In this document: positions 39,758 to 49,765 of the stretch, piece by piece
Numbering within the stretch: position 1 is the stretch's first letter
How the letters are laid out: each line of letters opens with the position of its first letter
DNA from: Alphaproteobacteria bacterium
GTDB lineage: Bacteria > Pseudomonadota > Alphaproteobacteria > Bin95
Length of the DNA: 64,000 nt
Direction of reading: 5' to 3'
NCBI GenBank assembly: GCA_965206075.1
Contig: CBDBIS010000001.1
Span: 12,928 to 76,927, forward strand
Made by a program: the position numbers and the translations under genes
Notes under the pieces: model-generated
What the model saw: only the letters and a program-made list of their open reading frames with translations
Databases searched by the model: none
Told to the model about the DNA's origin: nothing

Positions 39758-40064
39758 ACAGAAAATACTCGGACGCATAGGGATCTAATCCTCCTCCGCC
39801 ACCATTGCGATTTTCGAGTCGTCTCCTTTTCCGGCCAACGAGCATTTTCTCAGCTTCTTTGATTCTTTCATATGACCTCGTTTTCCAAAGAAGCCTTAAC
39901 TCCGATCCCTTAACTTTCCTCTCGTGCTGCCTTTCGCGCCTTGCAGGATAGGAAGTTACTCCAACATATACAGAACGGTTATGGCGGAGATAAGCGCCTA
40001 CCTTTCTACGCAAAATTGTTCCTACGCGCCCGAGAGGGCCAGTTATGTACTCTCGTCTAGCCAT
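39738..40064 (-). CDS. GIY-YIG nuclease superfamily small protein (YhbQ/UPF0213-like) overlapping the higA 5' end
   Basis: GAYLRHNRSVYVGVTSYPARRERQHE...RLLWKTRSYERIKEAEKML fits Y..h...lYvGvT.d..rR..qH...E..iK. AAGGAG RBS 9 nt upstream. Encoded in a ~45-50% GC islet (39780-40180). Confidence 0.6.
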   Translation of the reverse strand: MARREYITGPLGRVGTILRRKVGAYLRHNRSVYVGVTSYPARRERQHERKVKGSELRLLWKTRSYERIKEAEKMLVGRKRRRLENRNGGGGGLDPYASEYFLYVRICR

Positions 40065-40182
40065 TCGGATTTTCTCCTTCCAAAGTGTAGATTGTAGAGA
40101 AAATATCTTGCCCCGAAGCCTTGCAAGTTGTCAAGCGTTTCGCCTTGGCTCCATCTCGCCCTTACGGAATATTTCGTCCTGC

Positions 40183-41097
40183 TCACTCCAGCCCCATGAG
40201 GCCCCGGGCGAAGTCTTGGGGGGTGAAGGGGCGGAGGTCTTCTTCGCCTTCTCCGACGCCGACGGCGTGGACGGGCAGGCCGACATTCTCCGCGAGCGCC
40301 ACGACGACGCCGCCCCTGGCCGAGCCGTCGAGCTTGGTCACGACCAGTCCCGTCACTTCCGCCATGTCGCGGAAGGCGCGGACCTGTTGCAGCGCGTTCT
40401 GCCCGGTGGTGGCGTCGAGCGTGAGCACCGTGTCGTGCGGCGCGTCCGCGTCCTGCTTGGCGATCACGCGGGTTATCTTGCCGAGCTCGTCCATCAGGTT
40501 GGCCTTGTTGTGCAACCGCCCGGCCGTGTCGATCAGCAGGATGTCCGCCCTCTCGCGGATCGCCTGCGCATGGGCGTCGAAGACGAGGCCCGCGGCGTCC
40601 GCTCCGGTCGGCCTCGCGACCACGGGAGCGCCGGCCCGCTCCCCCCATAGCTGCAACTGCTCGACGGCGGCCGCGCGGAAGGTGTCGCCCGCCGCCAGCA
40701 GCACGGACTTTCCCTCGGCGCGGAAGGCGTGCGCCAGCTTGCCGATGGTCGTCGTCTTGCCGGTGCCGTTCACGCCCACCACCAGGATGACATGCGGCTT
40801 GCGCGCCGGGTCGGCGATGAGCGGGCGCGCCACCGGCTCCAGCAGGCCGGCGATCTCGTCGGCCAGCACGCCGCGCACCTCTTCGTCCGACACCTCCTTG
40901 CCGAAGCGCGTGCGCGCGAGGCCGGCGGCGAGGCGCGCTGCGGTAGCCGGCCCGAGGTCCGCCATGATGAGCAGGTCTTCCAGTTCCTCCAGCGCTTCGG
41001 CGTCCAGCCGGCGCCGGTTGAAGATGCCCGCAATCCCGTCGGCGAGGCGGTCGGAGGATCGCGACAGCCCCTGCCTCAGCCGCTGAAGCCAGCTCAC
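40183..41097 (-). CDS. ftsY: Signal recognition particle receptor
   Basis: NG domain with [15 protein letters not shown] and DTAGR motifs. Confidence 0.92.
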   Translation of the reverse strand: MSWLQRLRQGLSRSSDRLADGIAGIFNRRRLDAEALEELEDLLIMADLGPATAARLAAGLARTRFGKEVSDEEVRGVLADEIAGLLEPVARPLIADPARKPHVILVVGVNGTGKTTTIGKLAHAFRAEGKSVLLAAGDTFRAAAVEQLQLWGERAGAPVVARPTGADAAGLVFDAHAQAIRERADILLIDTAGRLHNKANLMDELGKITRVIAKQDADAPHDTVLTLDATTGQNALQQVRAFRDMAEVTGLVVTKLDGSARGGVVVALAENVGLPVHAVGVGEGEEDLRPFTPQDFARGLMGLE

Positions 41098-42338
41098 GCC
41101 GCCAGCACCTCCGCGACGAGGCGTTCCTTCTCGACCCGTTGGACATGTGCGCGCCGCACCGAGCCTGGCCGCGCGGGTCCTTCGAGACGGGCCAGCGCGA
41201 ACTGCTCGGTGCGTCCGATGCCCTCGCGCTCGACGGCGACGCGCTCAATGCGTCCGACCCTGCTCGCGAGGAAGCGTCCGGCGGCGGCTTCGCCCGCGTC
41301 TCTGAGCCGACGGGCGCGCTCCTTGCGCACGGGCGCGTCCACCTGGGGCATGCGCGCCGCCGGCGTGCCCCGGCGCGGCGAATAGGGGAAGACATGCAGC
41401 CAGGTGAGCGGGCAGGCCTCCACAAGGTCGAGGCTTCCGGCGAACATTGCCTCGGTCTCGGTCGGGAAGCCGGCGATCAGGTCCGCGCCGAAGGCGATCT
41501 CCGGCCGCAGCGCCCGCAGCCGCCCGCAAAGCGAGATGACATCGGCCGCCAGATGCCGGCGCTTCATCCGCTTCAGCACCATGTCGTCGCCCGCCTGCAC
41601 GGAGAGATGCAAATGCGGCATCAGCCGGGGTTCCTCCGCCAGCAGCCGGAAAAGCTCGTCGTCGATGGCGGCGGGATCGACGGAAGAGAGGCGGAGCCGG
41701 CGAAGCTCCGGCACCTGCGCCAGCAGGCGGCGGACCAGCTGCCCGAGCCGGGGCTTGCCCGGCAGGTCCGCGCCCCAGGAGGCGATGTCCACGCCGGTCA
41801 GCACGATCTCGGCCGCGCCCGCCTCCAGCAGCCGGCGGGTCTGCGCCGCGATTTCGCCGAGCGGCACGCTGCGGTTGGGGCCGCGCCCATAGGGGATGAT
41901 GCAGAAGGTGCAGCGGTGGTCGCAGCCCTGTTGCACCTGCACGAAGGCCCGCGCCCGGCCCCCGAAGCCGTCCAGCAGGTGCGGGGCCGTCTCCCGCACG
42001 CTCATGATGTCGTCCACCAGCGCTGCCGGCGCATCCGGCCTCCAGGCGTTGGCGGTCAGCTTCTCGACGTTGCCGACGACCCGGTCCACCTCTTCCATCG
42101 CGAGCCAGCGCTCGGGCGCGATCTGGGCGGCGCAGCCCGTGACGACGATCTCTGCCTCCGGCCGCTCGCGCCGGGCCTTGCGGATCGCCTGCCGCGCCTG
42201 CCGCTCGGCTTCGGCTGTCACCGCGCAGGTGTTGAAGACCACGGTCCCGCCGAGCCCGGCCTCGGCCGTCAGCCGGCGCATCGCCTCCGACTCCCAGGCG
42301 TTGAGGCGGCAGCCGAAAGTGACGATTTCGGCGCTCAC
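41094..42338 (-). CDS. mtaB: tRNA t6A37 methylthiotransferase (radical SAM, MiaB-like)
   Basis: N-terminal MTTase domain (FGCRLNAWESE), radical-SAM CDHRCTFC and TRAM domain. GTG start overlapping the dapF stop. Confidence 0.86.
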   Translation of the reverse strand: MSAEIVTFGCRLNAWESEAMRRLTAEAGLGGTVVFNTCAVTAEAERQARQAIRKARRERPEAEIVVTGCAAQIAPERWLAMEEVDRVVGNVEKLTANAWRPDAPAALVDDIMSVRETAPHLLDGFGGRARAFVQVQQGCDHRCTFCIIPYGRGPNRSVPLGEIAAQTRRLLEAGAAEIVLTGVDIASWGADLPGKPRLGQLVRRLLAQVPELRRLRLSSVDPAAIDDELFRLLAEEPRLMPHLHLSVQAGDDMVLKRMKRRHLAADVISLCGRLRALRPEIAFGADLIAGFPTETEAMFAGSLDLVEACPLTWLHVFPYSPRRGTPAARMPQVDAPVRKERARRLRDAGEAAAGRFLASRVGRIERVAVEREGIGRTEQFALARLEGPARPGSVRRAHVQRVEKERLVAEVLAA

Positions 42339-43174
42339 GGCGCCGCCTCCGGCACATGCGCCTCCAGCTCGCCCCGGAAGCTCACCGCCGCAGGCCCGGT
42401 CATCAGCAGATGGCCGTCGCTCTCGCGCCACTCGATGCCGAGCGGGCCGCCGTCGAGCCGCACTTCCATCCGGCGGTCGCCGAGGCGCCGGCGCACGGCC
42501 GCCGCGACCGCCGCGCAGGCCCCGGTGCCGCAGGCGCGGGTAATCCCGACGCCGCGCTCCCAGACGCGGAGCCGCATGGTGTCCCGTCCTTCCATGTGGG
42601 CCACGCCCACATTGGCGCGCTCGGGGAATGCGGGGTCGTGTTCGATCCGGGGTCCCCAGCTTTCGAGGTCCACTGCCTCGGCGTCCTCCACGAAGAAGGT
42701 GGCGTGCGGATTGCCGACATTGGTGGCTGTCGGCCCTGCCAGCGGGCCGCAGTCCAGGTCGAGGCGGAGCGTGTCTGCCGGGCCGGCCAGCGGTATCTCG
42801 TCCCAACCGAGCCGCGCCGGTCCCATATCCACCCGCACCGCACCGCCGGGCGACCGCGCCGCGAGCAGTATGCCGGCCACCGTCTCGACCGCCGCCTCGC
42901 CGCGCCCGCGCTCGTCGAACAGGAGCGCCGCCACGCAGCGCGTGCCGTTTCCGCAGGCCTCGACCTCGCCGCCGTCGGCATTGCGGATTTCCATGAAAAC
43001 ATCGCCGTCGCGCAGGGGCGGGCGCAGCACCATGAACTGGTCGCAGCCGATGCCGGTGCGCCGGTCGGCCACGCGGCGGTAGCCTTCCTCGGACCAGCCG
43101 AGCGGCCGGGCGCGGGCATCCAGCACGACGAAATCGTTGCCGAGCCCGTGCATCTTGACGAAGGGAATACCCAT
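42335..43174 (-). CDS. dapF: Diaminopimelate epimerase
   Basis: FVKMHGLGNDF N-terminus and two catalytic Cys (GNGTRC, CGTGA). Confidence 0.9.
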   Translation of the reverse strand: MGIPFVKMHGLGNDFVVLDARARPLGWSEEGYRRVADRRTGIGCDQFMVLRPPLRDGDVFMEIRNADGGEVEACGNGTRCVAALLFDERGRGEAAVETVAGILLAARSPGGAVRVDMGPARLGWDEIPLAGPADTLRLDLDCGPLAGPTATNVGNPHATFFVEDAEAVDLESWGPRIEHDPAFPERANVGVAHMEGRDTMRLRVWERGVGITRACGTGACAAVAAAVRRRLGDRRMEVRLDGGPLGIEWRESDGHLLMTGPAAVSFRGELEAHVPEAAP

Positions 43175-43564
43175 GGCCTGCCTGCGACCTCCGACTGCCG
43201 CTCCCGCCAGCGGCCGGACCCTATCTAGGTGCGAAGCCCGCCCTGCGCAATGGCGGGGACCGCCCGGATTGCCCGGCACGCCGAGAGGCCCTCCTCCGGC
43301 CCCTCCCGCAAGCGCTACTGGATTCGCACATCGGCGCCCGGTGGCGTGGCATTGCATAACCCCGACCTCCTGTCCTCGCGAAAGCGGGAGTCGCCCCGGT
43401 CCCCATGACGAAGGGGGCGCAACACGCCCCCGGAAGACCCTCTCCCTCGGGGAGAGGGCAGGGTGAGGGGCCGCTTCCGCCTGCGGAAGCGGCGGGCGAA
43501 GCCCCGGCAACCGCCCGCCCAGCAAGGCTAGCAAGCGTACCGAATACAAGCCAGCAAGAGAGGT

Positions 43565-43881
43565 GTGATACCAGCGGCTCCGGTTTGTGACTCATGGAGA
43601 TTGCCGCCCGGTTTTCCCTCTGCGTCACCCCGGCCGGAGCGAAGCGGAGAGCCGGGGTCCATCCATGGCTCTCGACGATGCCGTAGCCGGTGGGGAGCAG
43701 GCTCGACCGCTGAAGTTGCCGCGAGAACCGAGGCTGGGCCCCGGCTCGGGGGCCGGGGCGACGGTTGGTGTAGTGCAATACCACACCACCAAGCGGAAAT
43801 GTGTGAATCCAGTAGGGCTCGGGGGCCGGGGTGACGGTGGGGGCCGTCACCATAGGTTCCGATCGGCGACCGCTGGTATGA
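43565..43881. repeat. MITE-like element, near-identical copy of 8329-8596 (GTGATACCAGCGG...CCGCTGGTATGA TIRs) with an extra internal hairpin unit
   Basis: Aligns almost base-for-base with the 8329 copy. Appears to interrupt a small minus-strand ORF fragment (43895-44075). Confidence 0.85.
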
Positions 43882-44241
43882 ATGCGGTAGCCCGCAAGCG
43901 GGAGGGGAGACAGGGAGCCGCCGCCGAGCACGAGTCCTGCCTTATGCACCTTGGTATTATTCACCGTGCGGTCCTGGGTCGTGGTGCCGTCCGCCGCCGT
44001 CACCGTGACCCAGCGGTCGTCCACCAACGCGGTGTAGGCCGTCGTGGCCGGCGCGAAGGCCGGGTTGAGCGGCACGGCGGAGCCGCGCCGCTGAACCGTC
44101 GGAGCGCGAGGCCGCCCCTGGAAGCCGTTGCAGCCGGCTACCCCGACGACCGGCTCCCGTGAACCTTCGCCGGCTCGTCAAGCTGCAACCGGCCTGCCGC
44201 GTTCGAACCGCTTGCAATACTTGCGGCACGCTGCGGCAAAT

Positions 44242-44871
44242 TCAGGCTGATCGTCCGGGCGGTGGCGTTTCCCGGGTTTGCGGCTGCGCCGAGCGACCGC
44301 GGGCGTTCCCGGGGAATCTCCGGCTGTCGTCGGACAGCAGGTCGAGTTCCTGCGCGCGCTGGACGGCCTCGTTGCGGTTGTTCGCGCCCAGCCTGGAGAA
44401 CAGCTTGCGGAGGTGGTATCGCACGCCCTCGGTCGTAAGGTCGAGCTCGGCGGCGATCTCCTTGTCGGTCCCGGTGTCGAGTCGCAAAAGGATCTTCCGC
44501 TCGCGCTCGCTCAGCTCAAGGGTGGGGTCGGCATCGGCGCTCTGCATCGCGGCGAGAAGGGCCTCGGCCGGTTCGCGCAGCGGAGAGTCGCCCGCGTCCC
44601 CCAGGAACCGCTCGACCGCAGGCAGGCAGACGCGCCGTTCGCAGACCGCCGCCCACGCATAGTCGGTTTCGGCGAAGAGCGTGAGGAATTCCTCCAGGCG
44701 CCGGCGCTGCCGGGCGGGGTTGCCCGCCCGGTCTTCCAGGACCATGCCGAGCGCGAGCGCGCGCATCAGCGTGCGCCGCAGCCCGCCTTCGGCCGCCGAC
44801 GCCGAGAGCGCCTCGGCGAAGCGTTCCTGCGCGATCGAGAGCCTGAGGCGCGCGCAGGAGAGCGCCTCCAT
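44242..44871 (-). CDS. LuxR-family (HTH) transcriptional regulator
   Basis: C-terminal LSERERKILLRLDTGTDKEIAAELDLTTEGVRYHLRKLFSRLGANNRNEAV. Start uncertain. Confidence 0.72.
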   Translation of the reverse strand: MEALSCARLRLSIAQERFAEALSASAAEGGLRRTLMRALALGMVLEDRAGNPARQRRRLEEFLTLFAETDYAWAAVCERRVCLPAVERFLGDAGDSPLREPAEALLAAMQSADADPTLELSERERKILLRLDTGTDKEIAAELDLTTEGVRYHLRKLFSRLGANNRNEAVQRAQELDLLSDDSRRFPGNARGRSAQPQTRETPPPGRSA

Positions 44872-44914
44872 CTCCCGCCAGCACCGACACCTGCATAAGC
44901 GTCGAGCAGGTGGG

Positions 44915-45844
44915 CCGATGACGGGGCCCGGCATCCACCGCGAGGTGCTCGACAATCTTGAGGACGGCGTGCTGGTGGTCGGCACGGGCGGGCGGATCGA
45001 GACGCTCAATCCGGCGGCGGAGCGCATTCTCGGCCTGGAGGCCGGCGAGGCGGCGGGGCGGGGCTTCGCCGAACTCTTCATCCTGCGGGAGGGCTTCGAC
45101 GACTTCACGCAGCTCATCATCGACGCGACGACCGCCGGCACCGGCGGGGAGCGCCGCGTCGCGGTCCGGGTCGAGGGCGACGGCGAGGCGCGTTCGCTCT
45201 CCGTCGCCACCTCCTGGCTCAGAAGGCCGGGCGCCGACGGCTCGTCGGAAGCGGTGGCGGCGATTGCCGTGTTCAGCGATATCACCGAGCTGCGCGAGCT
45301 TCGGGAGACCGAACTCAGGCTGGCGAAGGAGACGGAAGCGCAGCACCGCCGGCTCCAGGACGCCTACCGGGAGATCGAGGACCGCAATGCGGCGCTCGCG
45401 TCCGCGCTGCGCAAGGTGCGCATCGTGCAGGGGCTCGGCGTGGTGCTGGCGGCGACAGCCCGATCCCCTGCGGCGGCGGAGGACAGGGCTGCGCTGGACA
45501 TAGGGGTGCTGCATGAAGGCTCGGCCGTCGTCCTCTCGCTGCGCGGCCGGCTGGACGGCAGCAATGCGCCGGCGCTGATCGCGCGGATGTCCGGCGCGCT
45601 CGAGGATGGCGTCGGCGATCTGGTGCTGGACTGCGCTGGCATGAGCTATATCAGCAGTGCCGGGTTGCGCGTCCTGCTGGTCGGCGCCAAGACCTGCCGG
45701 CAGGAGGGCGGAAGGTTCGCGCTCGCCGCCCTCGCGCCGCAATGCCGCTCCGTTCTGGAAATGAGCGGCTTCCTTTCGGTCGTCGAGCATCACGAGACAC
45801 GCGGGGCCGCCCTCGCCGCCCTTGGAAGGTCCGAGTCCGCATGA
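44915..45844 (+). CDS. PAS domain + STAS (anti-sigma-factor antagonist) domain protein
   Basis: PAS (LDNLEDGVLVVGTGGRIETLNPAAERILG) and C-terminal STAS (VLDCAGMSYISSAGLRVLL). Divergent from the LuxR gene. Confidence 0.75.
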   Translation, partial: PMTGPGIHREVLDNLEDGVLVVGTGGRIETLNPAAERILGLEAGEAAGRGFAELFILREGFDDFTQLIIDATTAGTGGERRVAVRVEGDGEARSLSVATSWLRRPGADGSSEAVAAIAVFSDITELRELRETELRLAKETEAQHRRLQDAYREIEDRNAALASALRKVRIVQGLGVVLAATARSPAAAEDRAALDIGVLHEGSAVVLSLRGRLDGSNAPALIARMSGALEDGVGDLVLDCAGMSYISSAGLRVLLVGAKTCRQEGGRFALAALAPQCRSVLEMSGFLSVVEHHETRGAALAALGRSESA

Positions 45845-46572
45845 TGCCGGTCTCGTGTACGCAGCGCCGGCCTCCGGCTTTCTTCCCGATCGACGAAACC
45901 GGGACAGGGCGGACTGCCGACCGGACATTCGACGACCGTTCAGCGGCCCATTGCGACCGGGGCGAAGTCCGGCGAGCGGCGGATTGCGTGCATCCGGCGC
46001 CGGGCAACGGCAGAGACACGGCTCCAGCGCTTCATCGGAAGGAGAAGTTCGATGCCGAAGAACGCCTGCGGCCCGAAAGACACGAACGGGATGCAGCGCA
46101 TGTCAGCCGCGAGGCGGCCCCAACGCGTGGAGCTGCCCGACGGGGAGGAGGGAATCGACAGGCGGGACAGTCTTCATAGGCGACGCTGTTGAGATGGAGG
46201 AAATTCCGGCCGCATACTCGGTTCTTACCCCGCCACCCTGCGGGGTCACGGAACGGGGACCGGCCCGCCCCGTGCTGCCTCCCTTACGGGAACGCCCGGG
46301 GCGGGCGCCTGTTGCGGTCGTCGTTGGGCACCGGGGCGCAAGGTTCGCCAGCGAGCCGGCGGGGTGGATATGCGAGCGTTGCCCGGATTTCCGCGTCGGC
46401 CCGCGACGGCCTCCGCTGCTCGGTATTCGGTCTGCCGCCCCGAGCTATGGGCGCGTCAGGCCGGGCGCGTATCCCGGCCGGAAAACCAGCAAAACCGGGC
46501 CGTTTCTGTGCCATGGCACAGATACAACCCGGTCCTATCCGAGCGGAATGTCCGCTAAGTCGTTGATTCGAA

Positions 46573-46647
46573 TGGTGGGCGCGGCTGGGTTTGAACCAGC
46601 GACCCCTGCCGTGTGAAGACAGTGCTCTCCCGCTGAGCTACGCGCCC
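46573..46647 (-). tRNA. tRNA-Val (anticodon CAC), CCA encoded
   Basis: Manual fold: acceptor GGGCGCG/CGCGCCC, D stem GCTC/GAGC, anticodon stem CTGTC/GGCAG with loop TTCACAC, T arm GCTGG-TTCAAAC-CCAGC. Confidence 0.85.
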
Positions 46648-46684
46648 GGAAAGACAGGTCGTCTAGGCTTGCGTCCCGCCGCTG

Positions 46685-47824
46685 TCAAGCGCCGGCCCAG
46701 GGATCGTCGAGGTCGAGAAGCGCGTTGTCTGCGCCGAGGCCGGGCGCGGGCGCACGCACCGCCGGGCGCCGTCCGTCGAAGGAAATCGGCAGCGCCAGCG
46801 CCTGCATGCCATCCCGCTCCGGCACGTCCACGACCATGTCGAGCGCCTGCACCTGCGGCTCCTCAAGCGCCTCGGCAAGATTGTTGATCGGCGAGGCCGG
46901 CACGCCCGCGGCCTCGAAGACTTCCATCCATTCCCTGACGCTTCCGTCCGCCAGGGCCGCCTGGATGTCGCGCACGATCTCGTCATGCCGTTCCATGCGC
47001 GCGGCGTTTCCTTCGAACGCAGGATTCTCCGCCCAGTCGCTGCGGCCGAGCGCCAGCCCGAGCCGCTTGAACAACCGGTCCGTCGCCGCGGTAATCAGGA
47101 TGCGCCCGTCGGCGGCGTCGAACGCCTCGAACACGACGACGCGGGGGCTGCCGGTCGGATGGCGCACCGGCCTCCTTCCCGTCGCCTTGTGGGAGACGAA
47201 CTGCGTGGTCAGCAGGAACATCGCCGTCTCCAGCAGCGAGGTGTTCACCACGACGCCCTCGCCCGTCCGCTCCCGCTGGCGCAGCGCGGCGAGCGCGCCG
47301 AGCGCGGTCCAGAGCCCGGTGCCGAGGTCGCAGACCGCAGCCCCCATCCGCATCGGTTGCCCCTCCGGGTCGCCGGTATTGTCCATCAGCCCGGAGAACG
47401 CCTGGAAGAGGACCTCGAAACCCGGGTCGAGCCGCTTCGGCCCCTTGTGGCCGAACGCGCCCATGTCGCAATAGACGAGCCGCGGGTTCTCGCGGAGCAA
47501 CGCTTCCGGTCCGAGGCCGAGCTTCGCCGTGACACCGGGGCGGAGATTCTGGAGGAACACGTCCGCTCCGCGCACCAGTTTCATCAGGCCCGCACGGCTC
47601 TCCTCGGTCGTCAGGTCGAGCGACACAGACCGCTTGGAGCGGTTGACGCCGTGGAAGGTGGGGGCGGCTCCGAACCAGACCGGCGGCGTCCAGCGGCGCG
47701 ACTCGTCTCCTTCCGGACGCTCGACCTTGATGACCTCGGCCCCGAGCTCGGCCAGCACCTGCCCGACGACGGGGCCGGCGATGATCTGCGCTAGCTCGAC
47801 GACGCGCACTCCCGAAAGCGGCAT
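46685..47824 (-). CDS. CoA-transferase family III (CaiB/BaiF) protein
   Basis: Family III CoA-transferase sequence with conserved Asp region (VLFQAFSGLMDNTG). Confidence 0.87.
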   Translation of the reverse strand: MPLSGVRVVELAQIIAGPVVGQVLAELGAEVIKVERPEGDESRRWTPPVWFGAAPTFHGVNRSKRSVSLDLTTEESRAGLMKLVRGADVFLQNLRPGVTAKLGLGPEALLRENPRLVYCDMGAFGHKGPKRLDPGFEVLFQAFSGLMDNTGDPEGQPMRMGAAVCDLGTGLWTALGALAALRQRERTGEGVVVNTSLLETAMFLLTTQFVSHKATGRRPVRHPTGSPRVVVFEAFDAADGRILITAATDRLFKRLGLALGRSDWAENPAFEGNAARMERHDEIVRDIQAALADGSVREWMEVFEAAGVPASPINNLAEALEEPQVQALDMVVDVPERDGMQALALPISFDGRRPAVRAPAPGLGADNALLDLDDPWAGA

Positions 47825-47938
47825 GCCGCATCCCCTCCCCGTTTTGCGGCCGGCTCCGTCGCACGCTCTGCTTGATGCAGGTCCGCCGGCCGCCTAACTC
47901 TAGATCGCAGAAAGATGGCACATCCGGGGAGACGGCGC

Positions 47939-48394
47939 ATGTTGGGCAGATGGGCACTGGCGGCCGCTTTGTTGTGTATGGCGGGAACCGCCTTCGCTCT
48001 CGGCAGCGGCAGCGGCGGCACGGACGAGTCCGGCCCGCTCGCGGCCATCGAGAAGAAGATCGAGGCCGCCGAATACGAACAGGCGCTCGCCGACCTCGAT
48101 CGATATATCGAGAAGAACCGCACCAGCGCCGACGCCTTCAACTGGCGCGGCTACGCGAACCGCAAGCTCGGCCGCTTCGAGGAGGCCCGGAAGGCCTATG
48201 CCCGCGCGCTCTTCCTCGACCCCGACCACAAGGGCGCGCACGAATATGCGGGCGAACTGCGCCTCCTGCTCGGAGACCTGGAAGGCGCGGAGCGGCACCT
48301 GGCGGAGCTCGACCGCATCTGCCTGTTCGGCTGCGAGGAATATGACGAGCTGAAGGAAGAGATCGCCGCCTGGAAGAAGGCGAACGCCAAGTGA
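47939..48394 (+). CDS. Secreted tetratricopeptide-repeat protein
   Basis: Signal peptide plus TPR-like helical repeats (AFNWRGYANRKLGRFEEARKAYARAL). Start could be 47915. Confidence 0.62.
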   Translation: MLGRWALAAALLCMAGTAFALGSGSGGTDESGPLAAIEKKIEAAEYEQALADLDRYIEKNRTSADAFNWRGYANRKLGRFEEARKAYARALFLDPDHKGAHEYAGELRLLLGDLEGAERHLAELDRICLFGCEEYDELKEEIAAWKKANAK

Positions 48395-48431
48395 GGCCGG
48401 GCGGGCGCCGGGCCGGACCGGGAGCCGGGCC

Positions 48432-49235
48432 TTGCGGACCGGCATGAGCCCCGGGCGCATCGGTGCCATGCTGGGGCGCTACTACTACCTGTTCCGGGGC
48501 TCGGTGCCGCGCATGATCGAGCTCGCCTACTGGCCCATCGTCCAGGTCGCGCTCTGGGGCTTCATCACCAAGTTCTTCCTGGAGCACAGCAGCTGGCTGA
48601 TAAACGCCGCCGGCGCGCTGCTGGCGGGAGTGCTGCTCTGGGACGTGCTTTTCCGCAGCCAGCTCGGGCTCAGCATCTCCTTCCTGGAGGAGATGTGGGC
48701 GCGCAATCTGGGCCAGTTGTTCGCAAGCCCGCTCCGGCCCGGCGAACTCATGGCGGCGATGATGCTCGGAAGCCTGCTGCGCACCTCGCTCGGCCTGATG
48801 CCGGCGACGCTGGTCGCCTGGCTGCTCCACGAATATTCGATCTATTCGCTCGGCCTGCCGCTCATCGCGTTCTTCGCCAACCTCATGGTCTTCGGCTGGG
48901 CCATCGGGCTTGCCGTCTGCGCGCTGCTCATCCGTTACGGGCTCTCGGCGGAGAGCTTCGCCTGGGCGTCGATCTTCATCCTGGCGCCCTTGAGCGCGGT
49001 CTATTACCCGGTCGACGTGCTGCCGGAAGCGGCGCAGACGATTGCGGCAGCACTGCCGTCAGCGCACGTCTTCGAGGGCATGCGCGCGGTCATGATCGAG
49101 GGCGTGTTCCGCACCGACCTGTTCCTCTGGGCCGTCGGGCTGAATGTCGCCTACATCGCGGGCGGCGCGGCGCTCTTCCTCTACGCCTTCGAGATCGCGC
49201 GCCGGCGCGGCCTCATCCTGCAATCCGGCGAGTAG
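48432..49235 (+). CDS. ABC-2 type transporter permease
   Basis: 6-TM ABC-2 family sequence. No cognate ATPase adjacent. Confidence 0.72.
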   Translation: MRTGMSPGRIGAMLGRYYYLFRGSVPRMIELAYWPIVQVALWGFITKFFLEHSSWLINAAGALLAGVLLWDVLFRSQLGLSISFLEEMWARNLGQLFASPLRPGELMAAMMLGSLLRTSLGLMPATLVAWLLHEYSIYSLGLPLIAFFANLMVFGWAIGLAVCALLIRYGLSAESFAWASIFILAPLSAVYYPVDVLPEAAQTIAAALPSAHVFEGMRAVMIEGVFRTDLFLWAVGLNVAYIAGGAALFLYAFEIARRRGLILQSGE

Positions 49236-49281
49236 GAAGGCGATTGCCCGACGGCCCCCCTTGGTGTAGCCAAGTTCCGCC

Positions 49282-49764
49282 ATGAACCATGACAGCTATA
49301 CCGACGCCCATCTCAAGGGCGTGCTGGAGAGTGTGCGGACCGTCGCGATGGTGGGCGCCAGCCCCTACTGGAACCGGCCCAGCTATTTCGTGATGAAATA
49401 CCTCCAGGCGAAGGGCTTCCGCGTGCGCCCCGTCAATCCGGTCGCGGCCGGCGAGACGATCCTGGGCGAGACCTGTTTCGGCGACCTCGCCGACCTGCCG
49501 GAGCCGGTCGATATGGTCGATATCTTCCGCAACTCCGAGGCCGCCGGCCCGCTGGCCGACCGGGCGGTGGAAATCGGCGCGAAGATCGTCTGGATGCAGC
49601 TCACCGTGCGCAACGACGCGGCCGCCGAACGCGCCGAGGCGGCGGGCCTCACCGTGGTGATGAACCGCTGCCCGAAGATCGAATATGCGCGCCTCTTCGG
49701 CGAGCTCTCCTGGAACGGCTTCAACTCCAGGCGCATCTCCTCCAGGCGCCGCCGGATCAATTGA
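49282..49764 (+). CDS. CoA-binding domain protein (YccU family)
   Basis: VAMVGASPYWNRPSYFVMKYLQAKGFRVRPVNP Rossmann-like CoA-binding signature. Confidence 0.8.
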   Translation: MNHDSYTDAHLKGVLESVRTVAMVGASPYWNRPSYFVMKYLQAKGFRVRPVNPVAAGETILGETCFGDLADLPEPVDMVDIFRNSEAAGPLADRAVEIGAKIVWMQLTVRNDAAAERAEAAGLTVVMNRCPKIEYARLFGELSWNGFNSRRISSRRRRIN

Positions 49765-49765
49765 C

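Noticed and set aside
41139-43082. 647-aa ORF on the + strand
   Set aside because: Antisense to mtaB and dapF. Pro/Arg/Ala-rich junk translation.
43895-44075. N-terminal ~60 codons of a minus-strand ORF (VPLNPAFAPATTAYTALVDDRWVTVTAADG...) that continues into the MITE at 43881
   Set aside because: Possibly a gene fragment truncated by MITE insertion. It has no start context or recognisable domain, and the remainder is repeat sequence. Not callable as a gene.
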